Assembly (NCBI GenBank): GCA_040954595.2
Contig: CM082593.2
Coordinates: 5,225,434-5,289,433, forward strand
Length of the DNA: 64,000 bases
Direction: 5' to 3'
Source of the DNA: Balanoglossus misakiensis
Lineage: Eukaryota > Animalia > Hemichordata
The position numbers and the translations under genes were made by a program. Below the pieces are notes generated by a model. The model ran no database searches. It was not told the origin of the DNA and saw only the letters and a list, made by a program, of their open reading frames with translations. Positions 1 through 10,818 of this stretch are shown piece by piece. Positions within the stretch are counted from its first letter, which is position 1. The number at the start of each line of letters is the position of its first letter.

Positions 1-157
1 TTGACCAGGCAGTTTCAGTTCATTATGGTTCAGAGCAGTGTCGCTCATAGTATTGATAAAATCACGATGGCAGAAAAACACAAACAAAACCGTTCCCACT
101 CTGATGACTCTGTTTACAATCAGCAAAAAAAAAAATCCCGTCTTTTTCCCCCAACAG

Positions 158-1431
158 GTATGGCCATGCTTGAGTCCCCTTTTACTGCGATTTCTCATAT
201 GTATCGTAGCTGGTTTTTGGGCGACTTTGTCTGCCAGACGTACAGTTTCGCCGGAATGTTTTTCGGCATCACAAACATATTTATGTTAATGTTCATCAGT
301 TTGGATCGCTTTTGGACAATTTCATCCCCGACCGATGGTAAGTGGATGACGGCGCGAGTTTTTTTATATCATGGCTATAATGATATAGATTATTTCTCTT
401 TTCGTAAATATTTTGGACCATACCCTGACCATTGGCCAAACAAATTTTAATGTACATGTACATGTACATACAAAGCGTGTAAATCTAAATGCTTGGCTCC
501 GTTACATACATGTATTGCGGGTATTGCATGACGTAATGACCTTCTTGTTTCCCTTGCATTGATCGTCGGCCAATCGCCTTTCTTTTTTCTCCACAGCCCA
601 GCAAAAGGCAAAATACTACACATACATGGTGGCGTTTGGTTGGCTGAGCGGTCTGGTCTGGGCAGCTGCGCCCTTGCCACCGTTCGGCTGGTCCAGCTAC
701 GCTATTGAAATCTCAGGCGCAAGCTGTGCACTGGACTACATGACGAACGACGCCACCTATGTTCGATACATCATCGCTCTCACCTTGTGCTGTTTTGTGG
801 TGCCCATAACGATCATGCTGTACAGTTACGGGAAGGCGATTTCTGTTGTCAAGGGTTCCGGGAAAGTGACCGATTGGGCCGATGAAACTAATGTTTCCTT
901 GGTAAGTATTCTGATACAAGGACAAAAACACCTGAGTCCACAAATAAAAATAACCCAAAAGGTCAACAGAGCGAAATACAAAGCAAAACAAAACGCAGAT
1001 ATTTCACTTTCCATCTTCAAGCCGAAAATTCTGTTAATTAATTTTAGATCTTATAAACTTTGAGGCCAACGCTCACACAAAAATGTGTTGAAAAGGGATA
1101 TATTTTCAGACGTCTCACGATGGACAGTATTAATCAAACAAGCAAATATCAAGCAATACGACTTTTATTGATTTCTTGTATAACTCTTGTGCCATTTCCC
1201 TTTCAGCAATCAGGTCTTTGCCTGTTGCAAGTGGTCTTCTGTTGGGGATTGTACGGCGTCAACTGCCTGTGGACGGCGTTCGCCGATGCCAACACCTTGC
1301 CGAAGATGTTCACCGTGGTCGCTCCGATCTTGGCGAAGTCGTCGCCGATCATCAATTCGTACCTGTACATTTACCGAATAAGGAGATTTCGAGGGGCAGT
1401 GGGTGATATGTTCAAACCAAAGGAAGACTGA
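158..1431 (+). CDS. Opsin of the retinochrome/RGR/peropsin (photoisomerase) group; 3' part, exons 158-337, 597-901, 1207-1431; 5' exons lie upstream of the window
   Basis: Splice sites are canonical and in phase (cag|GT at 158, G|gtaagt at 337, cag|CC at 597, TTG|gtaagt at 901, cag|CAA at 1207). Motifs: W-x-LG-x3-CQTY, ISLDRF (TM3), PPFGWSSYAIEISGASCALDY (ECL2 with an E181-equivalent), peropsin-like DWADETNVS loop, and PILAKSSPIINSYLY with the retinal-binding Lys. AATAAA at ~1689. Confidence 0.9.
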
Positions 1432-1880
1432 AAATGTATAGAGGAAACGATTCTGACCTAGCTACTCTCGAGGAGGCACGTCAATTTCATTAGAATGGAG
1501 CATACATTTGTAATGTGGTTTTGTCGATTATCAAACAATGTGTCTAGCAATATATGTTTGTTTTCTCTCACTTGTTGTTTAAAGTACGTAATTTATTCAC
1601 TTTTCCCCGTTTGGTTAAATGGAGCGAATGTGCTCCTTTTACGATAACTCATTGTACTTGAAATGTAGCAATTCATCTGATTTTTAAAAATAAATATATG
1701 TCCAATAACTGATTAAAAGCCAGTGTTACGCTTAAAAATAAAATCGTCCTTTGGGCAGTGCATGTGAATTATTTGATAGCCAAGCGAGATAGGAGTGATA
1801 CCCCCGTTGAGGGCGTAATGCACAGAGCAGTTGGATGTCTCCGGCAAAATAAGATGGATGTCTCCGTATTCATCGAAGCA

Positions 1881-4258
1881 ATGACGACCAGGACTATCCT
1901 CGTATTGGTCGTGTGTCTGGGTATGTACTTAGTGTATTCTATATTTCCATGGGTACCGCGAGATCGGACATATCTGAACCGCCGGTCTGAACCATTCAAG
2001 TCACGCACGATCGATGCATACATGGGCCTGTAACTGTGATGCTGTCGGTATTTTAGAACTTTCTTCCAGGACTTGAAATCTACACAAAACTGTAAATGTC
2101 TATTTCTGAACTCTAGTCAAGTGGACCCCTGTCCAACTCGGTCCAAATCAACTGAACCGAAAAATAACGGTAAACTGAACGCCAAACGCGACCGGCGTGG
2201 TCAATTGGACGTTGACCCTGGTCAACTGGATTGCAAATGAAATCTGTTTCCCTCGCCATTAAATATTCTCCCGGTTTAGTTAAAAAGTAAAACCCTATGA
2301 TCGATGTAGAGCACAGTACACGTCTGGCATTGGCCTGATGACGCGTCCATGGGTGCGCACATGGTGGTGTTTATCATGGTGAATGACCCAGTTCAGTGCC
2401 CGTGTCCTTGGGAATGAACACAAGCGGGCGATGTTGTATCTGATCTGAAGTCCACTGGCCAAGATTTACTTTCTCTTCAGCATTTTATGAGCGGCTTAGA
2501 GCCTGGGTAGAATTATCAAGTGGGAGGGCCTGTGCAATTTTTGGGAGGGTCACTTTTTTGTCGCCAACGGCGTCTCATCTCAATCTTCGAACTGTGCATC
2601 AAACGACTACTAGTACATCCCTCCACACACACTGGTTTGGCAGCAGCTACCCGTGTCACTGTTGTTCCCTTGCGCGTAACGGGCAAACCGATCAATAACA
2701 TCACAGCGACAGGAGCCGCGTAAAAAGGTGCGGTGTTACGTAACTTTGAATGAACATGAATATTCATGTTACTAGTAATGTGTTAATTTTGAACCGCTTA
2801 AACCAAGATGCAAACCTGTATTCACAACTTTTGTCCGATAAGTGCTATTATAGCACATACACGACCTGCCGTGCATGGCATTGCATATCAAAGAAATTTT
2901 ACGCGTTAAACGAAAGTTCAACAAAACAAAGAAAAGTAATGACAATGTGATATTTTAGCAAAGAATCAAACCCACGAATGAGTTGATTAAACGATTGTAC
3001 ACTTTATTTTTCTTTCAGCATATACTGCTAGCCACGTCAGTGGTAAACCGGACTTCCCCGGTGAGTTTATGAAGTCCATGATTTTATCACTTTTCTGTTG
3101 GTATCGTTCTCTCCTATTGAGAATTGTGTTCTCTCCGCCATGGGTACGTGTTGTCTAAACTATCAATAGTACATCACAATCTGTTCTGTGAAACGTGTAA
3201 CACTGTTCCCTCTGCCATTCTGTAACAAGGTGGGACGCTCTATGCCACTTGCGAGATGACGCCGAACAAAAACTACGCGGGCCCAGAGAAAATCACGGGC
3301 AAAATCCGCATCGCGCAATTCGCGAGCTTGAACTCATCCCAACTGATTTCGGTAAGTGGGAAAGTCGGTATGAAATGGGCAAATTATTTTTCAGTGATAC
3401 GGTAACAATGGGTGTTTCACACCTTCCAGACTAGTTGTGTTTAATATTTCCTTCCCAACTGAAGCCTGAATTAGACTGCATCCCAATGATAAACTTCAAA
3501 ATACTGTATAGGTCCTAATGAATATTTTTCATGTCTTGTTTTACTGTCATAGTTTTATTTTGATTAAAGGTTGGTCTTGATGCCTGCGCCAGTGTAGTGG
3601 TTGACGTTGATCTGAGCGGCTTTGATCCAAATAAGAATGTACGTCACGGTTTCCACATCCACGAATACGGAGACTTGAGCGACGGATGTCAATCAACCGG
3701 AGGCCATTACAACCCTTTTGGTAAACATCATGGCGCCCCCGCCGACAGGGACAGGTAAACCTGGCTGTGTCTCAGCGCTCTCGTGTCACGTTATCCTGCA
3801 ATGGTGTACTGATTTGCAAGGCGTCAATTCTGACTGCTATATTCCCTGTTACTCTCCCCAATCTTCTTTACCTCGTAGGCATGTTGGTGATCTCGGAAAC
3901 GTCAAGATTGACGGCGATGGAAATGTAAAAACGGTTATCAAAGACAGACAGGTGTCCCTCGCAGGGGAGCACTCAGTGTATGGAAGAGCATTTGTTGTAA
4001 GTTGGAATTCATCACCCCCACGATATTTATTTTTGGTCATCGATCTCTTTTCAGCAACATATTCCAGGCTTCCAAAAACGGCAACACAACAAATTGGTTC
4101 GGGCTGCGATACACTGATAAATTTTATGTACTTGTGTCCAGGTTCACGAAGGAGTCGACGATCTGGGACGAGGAGGGGACGCGGAAAGTCGGATCACCGG
4201 CAACGCTGGAGCGCGGATGGCATGTTGCGTGATTGGCCGAAATCCCGGGCCGCAGTAG
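1881..4258 (+). CDS. SOD3: Secreted (extracellular-type) Cu/Zn superoxide dismutase, copy 1; exons 1881-1920, 3019-3060, 3230-3351, 3570-3754, 3879-3996, 4142-4258
   Basis: The spliced product begins with the signal peptide [22 protein letters not shown]. It contains [48 protein letters not shown] and [13 protein letters not shown], so all Cu/Zn ligands and the catalytic Arg are present. All junctions are GT-AG and in frame. Confidence 0.92.
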
Positions 4259-4930
4259 CGACACTGACGGATGGGATGATGCGATCACCCGTCTATACAA
4301 GACCATCTCTCGGTGGTATGTCCAGGGAAACTGTGATGAAAAAAATCTGTGAGAGATAGATCCGGGAAGTCAATTCGAAGCAGTTGTCATGGTAACTAGA
4401 CTTGGACAGAAGAGCAGCAGTAGACTGGTTCAAAAGCATTTCGTGAGTGTGTGACAGTTTGACATTGGAAACGCATAGTTGTTCATCATATGATCAGGGA
4501 ACTGAACAAGTAGTTTAATCGATTTAATATTTTTTGTATTCCTTTTTTTATATATATTTTTATGTTTTAACACGCCTTTCTTAGCCTGGAAAGAGTGATA
4601 CACATTCATTGTTGATAACGAGGGATCTACCGCCATTTGTCATGTTATATAAACTGTTCAATGAATGCCGCGAGAATATGATAATATATGCATAGAGTAG
4701 ACCGTGGTTTCGCTCGATCATATACCAGCTTGTATACGCCAGCCTGATAACCCCATATGACACACTGTACCGGGGGTACCAAAGAACCAGTACGCGGCTC
4801 CGGAACACGGGGAAACATAGGAGTGGTACCCCGCTGAATGTGTTATATATGGCGTAGATGCAGCATAGCCAAAAACAAAGCGCTGTTTCGTCCACACTCC
4901 GGCGCAAACGCCACGATGTCCGTCGAAGCA

Positions 4931-7917
4931 ATGGCGACCAAAGATATCCTCGTTTTGGCCGTGTGTCTGGGTAAGTAAATTTAGCCTGTAAAGTCCCTCG
5001 CTAGCAACATCTGACGTGTCTGAATATACCACATTCAAGCACATATACGCGGTCACCGCCCGATCATTCTCTGCATATATTAATCACGTCAACACAAAAT
5101 GTGCCGCATGTGCAGGGCGTATGCAGTGACTGTATTCATTATAAATTCATGTCAATATTTAAGGCTTTTATAATATCCGAACATCATGCGTACCGTATGC
5201 CAAATTAATCATTTTCTCTTAAATTCTTTATGTGCGCGTTAAATAAAATAAATTTCAAAAATGACCTATCGTTTTGGTTAAACTGAGCAAATGACTAAAT
5301 TCTCCACAAACGCATCACGAGTATTGAAGGCTTTCCACAATCGTAAATGAGCCTGCTAACGTCGCATTAATCGAATCAGCGTGCAGTAATTATAGACATG
5401 ACGAGGGGAGTTTCCCATTATATCTCCGAACTGAAACGAATTTAACTGTACAGATATCAGTATACACCGCCCGTATTTCTCAAAACAATCAACCAACGTC
5501 GAACCCGTCTATAGTGGCCAGTCAAAGGACTTTATAGACAGGTCAATTATTAATGTACATGTAAATTGCCCAGGGACGGTAGCAAAGTGACCACGGTATA
5601 GAGGTGGCCACTAACACAGGTTTGACTGTAAATGAGTTAATGACTAATGTGTTGTTGTTGTTTTTTCAGCATTTACCGCAAGTCACATTCGTGGTGACCC
5701 TGACTTAACTGGTAAGTGTATATGACACAACCAATCGGTGACCGAACAACACACAAGACCTTTTGCAGCATCCCCACCGCGTAAACGATCGCCTTATACT
5801 TCAGGGACCCCCAGAACACCGACTCATCTCTATTTATGCTGGCAGCAAACGATAAAGGGTACCCGGCAGATATTGTGACACCGTTGTTGCTGGCTAAATA
5901 AAACTTCTGCTGAATCATCGTCGTGTGATTATGATAGTCAAAAATAGTTGTTTTGAAATTAGTGTAATTACATCGTCATGCACTATCTAACCCTGCAGGT
6001 TTGAACGCGAAAGTTTACTTAGCTATAAAGGGATGGATGCTCATTTACACTGGCCCTGAGACACAGGAGAAATATGCCAACAAACCAACAAACTACCTAA
6101 CGAACCTAGAGTTGCAATAAAGAATGTGTTAGCATCAATCGCCACTTTCATGACCCCTACATAGTACACGACTTTACAACCTGCTATTTCCAAAAAGATC
6201 GAACATTGTACAAGCTTGTTTGGTTATGTAAGCTGGTGCGGGGAGAATATAGTAATTCTACCATATTGTTTAAACACAGCAATTAATATGACAAAAACAG
6301 CGGGTATATACGTATTCCATGTGCTACATTGTATTCTGACTTTACAGGCTGTTAATTCATCAACATGCAATTATGTCACCTTCCGATTGTGTTCTCTGTA
6401 CATAGCCACATGGAAATCTGTTCAGTTCAAACACGGCAGTACATATCCACCCAACTGGCGTATCTTTGACAATTATCATTCTCTGTGTAGCCAGGCGAGA
6501 GTGAACCGTGACTCTAGTATCTCATTGGCCATGATACAGGTGCCGGCCGAGTCCTACAATGAATACTATTAGAGAAAGAATTTGGTATTACGTCACCTTC
6601 TGTTCCCCCCTGGCACGCTACATGCATTCAGAGCTTCAGTACACGTAGACCCTATTCTTCCCACATGTGTGATAGTGTTAATAACTCCATATTCTTCACA
6701 AGGTGAAACAGTCCATGGCGTTTGTGAGGTGAGACCCAACATCAACTACGAGGGTCCAGAGAAGATCACGGGCGAAATTCGCATCACTCAGTCTGTGAGT
6801 ATGACCCCATTTCCCCGCCCACCAGAATCTTAATTAGTGGGGGGAGGCTGTGCAATCGACCCAAGCGAGCGGACGATTAATCTACACAGAAAATTTAATG
6901 TATATATACTTTTAGGCTGTACGAAAATTTAGAGCTCGCTAACAAACCAAAACCTTTTCTCATAACACTTTCCCATTATTTGACATTCGTGGTTCTTTCC
7001 CTATCTGTCCATAGGTTGGTTTTGATGCTGATCACAGTGTAGAAATTAATGTTGATCTGAGTGGGTTTGATCCCACTAAGAACGCGCTTCATGGCTTCCA
7101 CGTCCACGAATACGGAGATTTGAGCGATGGGTGTGAGTCTGCAGGTGGCCACTACAACCCCTTCGATAAACACCATGGCGCCCCCACCGACCGAAACAGG
7201 TAAACCTACAGTTCCCTTTTGTCGCTTTAATGTACATGTACATGTACATCGTTACATTGTTAATGTACGATTCTTTGCGTTACTTATTTTTCTTTATCGC
7301 AAATTTGGATTTTATTATACCATTCCCTGATTTTTGCATACCCTTGGTTGGCCTACTCATTTTAGTCTTCGTCCTGGTCTCGTAGACATGTCGGTGACCT
7401 CGGAAACGTTAAGATTGACGACGAAGGAAACGTGAAAACGGTTATCAAAGATGGAGAGGTGTCCCTCGTGGGGAGGTACTCGGTGTATGGAAGAGCGTTC
7501 GTTGTGAGTATATCACCCGCTCATTGTGCGAGTCGCTTATGAGAGAGTGAAAATTGCGTTCAGTATAAACGTCAAATTTTGCATGGAGATATATTTTGAA
7601 GTTGTCACTTAATATTATCTCTACGTTTGGTAATACCACGTTTGCCACCTGTGCAAGTTAACGTTTGCTAAATTCATAGGAACTGAATATTATATACATG
7701 ACAGTATGCACTCGTGGCCAGACAGACTGCCAGCCACGTTTTTCGGTCTTGGGTTCCTTAAACCAGAATCACTGAACGATGTGCTTGTATGCAGGTTCAC
7801 GAAGGAGTTGATGATCTGGGACGAGGCGGGGCCGAAGACAGTCTGACCACTGGTAATGCAGGAGCTCGCATGGCCTGCTGTGTGATTGGCAGAAGCCCCG
7901 GGCCAGCGCCAGAGTAG
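4931..7917 (+). CDS. SOD3: Secreted Cu/Zn superoxide dismutase, copy 2; exons 4931-4970, 5670-5711, 6703-6794, 7015-7199, 7386-7503, 7795-7917
   Basis: Same exon structure and intron phases as copy 1. Signal peptide [22 protein letters not shown], then [29 protein letters not shown] and [13 protein letters not shown]; stop TAG at 7915-7917. Confidence 0.93.
5496..5630. mobile_element. Short MITE with Tc1/mariner/pogo-like terminal inverted repeat, in intron 1 of SOD copy 2
   Basis: The right end ACAGGTTTGACTG+TA (reverse complement TACAGTCAAACCTGT) matches the degenerate left end GTCGAACCCGTCTATAGTGGCCA. Internal TAGTGGCCA/TGGCCACTA symmetry. Confidence 0.55.
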
Positions 7918-8476
7918 AGACAGAAAGATGGGCCCAAGTGACGGCGACTGTTTACAAGAACTTTGAATTTGTTGCCAAGGACATTTTTGTCATCATAATT
8001 TGGGTTTCTTCCGGGGAGGAATCGATTCTTTCACTTTTTGTACTCCAAGTCATTATGTAACAAGTATCTGCAATTAAACTGAATTTCAATTGTTCTCGAA
8101 ATATTTTCTCATTTGTCATTTACACCATGGGCCAAGATCAGGGTCGGCTTGAATACTCCCTCAAGGGCTACAACTTGTACTCTGTGTATAAAATCCGATA
8201 AAATTGTGCAGCAGGTCACGGAAAGGCCCAGCTAGAAAGTTGAACGAGATGTCAAAGCACGGAGGGGTTAGGGCCAGGTGGTGGACATTATTTTGAATAT
8301 TTTGAATTCGCATGGGCCCACGTGACGAGGCAGACGTACCACAAGGAAGGTACTAGTTGCGATGGCACGTGGACTTAATTAATGTAAAGTAATCAACGCA
8401 CTGACCAATGCCCAAGCAGGTCTCGTATGCATTTCAAACACACGTGGGAGCTGACCGTTGTACACTCGCCAAAGCA

Positions 8477-9034
8477 ATGGCAAATCTACCACCTCTCCAG
8501 TCTTCATGTCGTCCGCTGTGGTAAGTTTACAGTTATATGGGTGCCTTTGTAGCGTATTGCATAGAATGTTATAAAGCGAGTTAGTAAACTGGTTGTAAAT
8601 CTGGCGTACACCATGCCTCCGAAATGTGGTAAGTGCACGTGAATGCTGCGGTCGTTGACACTTTCATTGTACCGAACCTTTGCTCAGCATTGCCCTGTCT
8701 CGCGCTGGTCCTCCCAGTCAATGATAGGAAATTTTGGAACCGGTTGACGGAGCGATTTTTGTACGCGAAAAATAATTATAACGCAAACAAGTGCGCCCTT
8801 TAACGAATGGTGGTGATTTCAGTCGTGATATTTTGCTGTATTTTCAGGTGAGTGACATTGCTACCGATGAAAATGTAACAATTACAATTGATTGGTTGGT
8901 TTTGATCCCGCTAACGGCGACCTGCGTGGTTATCACATTCACGAGTACGAAGACTTGAACGATGGATGCGAGCCTGCTGGCGATCATTACAATCCAGTTG
9001 GTCTAAACCATGTCGCCCCCATCGACATCGAAAG
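8477..9034 (+). pseudogene. Truncated third Cu/Zn SOD copy (relic exon 1 at 8477-8520, relic exon 4 at 8848-9034)
   Basis: The aagcaATGG start context and tg|gtaagt donor mirror exon 1 of the paralogues, but the exon is 44 nt instead of 40. The exon-4 homologue (GFDP..GYHIHEYEDLNDGCEPAGDHYNP..HVAP) has a 1-nt deletion near 8893. Exons 2, 3, 5 and 6 were not found. Confidence 0.8.
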
Positions 9035-10243
9035 GTAAGCTTTCTTGTACAAAGTAAAATACATCATGTATCATTGCGGGCGCGCCACAGTCCTCTCTAT
9101 ACGTAATTTTCATAAATAACTCGATCGTTAGATCTCAGGTAGAGTGACAGCGCCCATCTACGGCGACATTTGGATAATTATCAGTAAACACCACAACCAA
9201 GTCCCCTGTTTTGCACGTGTGTTAGTGTGGGCGGGAGAGTCGTTAGCTTGCAATATTTTGTTTCGAATATATCTCTTCGCGGTCGCGTTTTTCTTGAAGT
9301 AAAGAAGAAACAACGTTGAAGGAAAACGCCTCATCTCTTTTAAGCATAAAGATTACTAATGATGACGTCAATGCAGACGGCTACAAGCGGTACCCTATGG
9401 TAACAGAATTCTTACAGACACAGCAATCACGCAGATGAGATCAAATTGTCTTATACACTATCCGTCTTTTGGCAAAAGGATACAATTTCACTTTTTTTCT
9501 TTGGGGGGTCTTTAAACCCCAACTGCGATAGTTAGAAACAGAGACTGAAATGGGGGGAAACAAAATAATCATCATCGGATATATGTTTCAGAGTACAGTT
9601 TACTCAGCTTGACAGAAATAACATGACATTGAAGGTAAGGTCACACAAAACTTATTTTAACTGTCGGTTGACATTGACAATTATTAAAAACAATAATTAA
9701 ACAGGGAAACGACAAAGATAATAATAACCATCATGTGTCTTCCTGTGTTCCTAAAATGCACCGGTAGTTGCATTTTGAGTGCATCAAAACTAGTAACCAA
9801 CCGACCAAATTAATCAATCAGTCGTGCAGGTAGCTATTAATAAAAAAATGGTGTCATAAACATTAAAAAACCCAAATCTGAAGGATCTATATTAAGTCGT
9901 TATGCAACATTGCAAGTAAACTGTACTGAAAATGCATGCCCCCAAAATCTGATATTTTAACTATGAGGGTGCGGTCGGACATATCTCTCCTTGAGTAAGA
10001 AATTTCACACTGATTTTATTGAACAAACCAATTACCGATGTTGATGGCTTGCATGTGTGTGGGCTGATGTTCTTGTGTTCGGAGAAGTTCCTTGAAAAAC
10101 GTGAAGGTTATAATAAAGTCTTAGTATAAATGTAATAATGATGTCAATGCGCAGAAGACACGCGATTCGCTCGGCCTCGTCTTGATAAGTGCGCGAAACT
10201 ATTAAAAACGCAAGGAGACCACACACACAGGTTGAGGTCACTG

Positions 10244-10818
10244 TTATGACGGTTGGCACATATGCTCTGGTAACTCCCGTCGTCTGCACAAGTACAGTGT
10301 CTTCAACTTTCTCGCCCAGGCGCTTGGGTAACCTCCGACTGAAATAAAGAAAAAATGATTCAGTGTACGTTACAAGATAGGATAAAGTCTGAAACCGGTT
10401 CAATATGAACCTAAATGTTCCTCTTGAAATAATTAATAGAATTTTCTTTGCAATATTAATATGAATGCTCAGCAAAGCGCCCAGTGACTCAGTGTTACCC
10501 ATCGCGAGTATCCTAAAGTGACCAGTTGTAAAGACAAACAATCTTCTGTTCATAAAGCAAAACTTTGCATGCATTTTCAAACAAAGGCAGCTAGGACTTG
10601 CCATCAATTTGCCGCTTCTTTGCCCCTCCAATGACCGGCGTCTCGTCCCTGAAATCAGCCTGGTCTCCAAACGTTCGCGTCCCTTCGTCCCGATTCGTGA
10701 ATTCATAAGGGTCTAGTGGCCGTATGTCGATTTCGAGAGAGATACCCGCCACCTCGTCGTTTTGTTGGATTAGGAACATCACCAGCAAAACCGAAGCTGA
10801 AAATACTGAAATCTTCAT
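10244..10818 (-). CDS. Secreted prepropeptide A; predicted exons 10818-10602 and 10338-10244 joined by a GC-AG intron
   Basis: Acceptor ttttttcag at 10846 lies just upstream of the ATG. Signal MKISVFSASVLLVMFLIQQNDEVAG, acidic pro-region, then KKR. Donor G|GCAAGT and strong acceptor ttttttctttatttcag give the mature peptide QIDVGGYPSAWARKLKTLYLCRRRELPEHMCQPS. The second exon is less certain than the first. Confidence 0.65.

Noticed and set aside
5405-5416. NF-kB-like site GGGGAGTTTCCC in SOD copy 2 intron 1
   Set aside because: A single short match that could occur by chance; no clustering near the peptide genes.
10146-10338. Alternative frame of the peptide A second exon with an in-frame TGA followed by 5 Cys (ES*RHCTC..C..C..C), suggesting selenocysteine
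   Set aside because: It needs a phase-0 donor and only a poor one exists. No AUGA/GA SECIS core is visible downstream. The phase-1 reading is clean.
10032-10706. 224-aa minus-strand ORF, and antisense ORFs overlapping the peptide, SOD and GPCR exons
   Set aside because: They are shadow frames that cross introns or oppose real exons, with no recognisable motifs.
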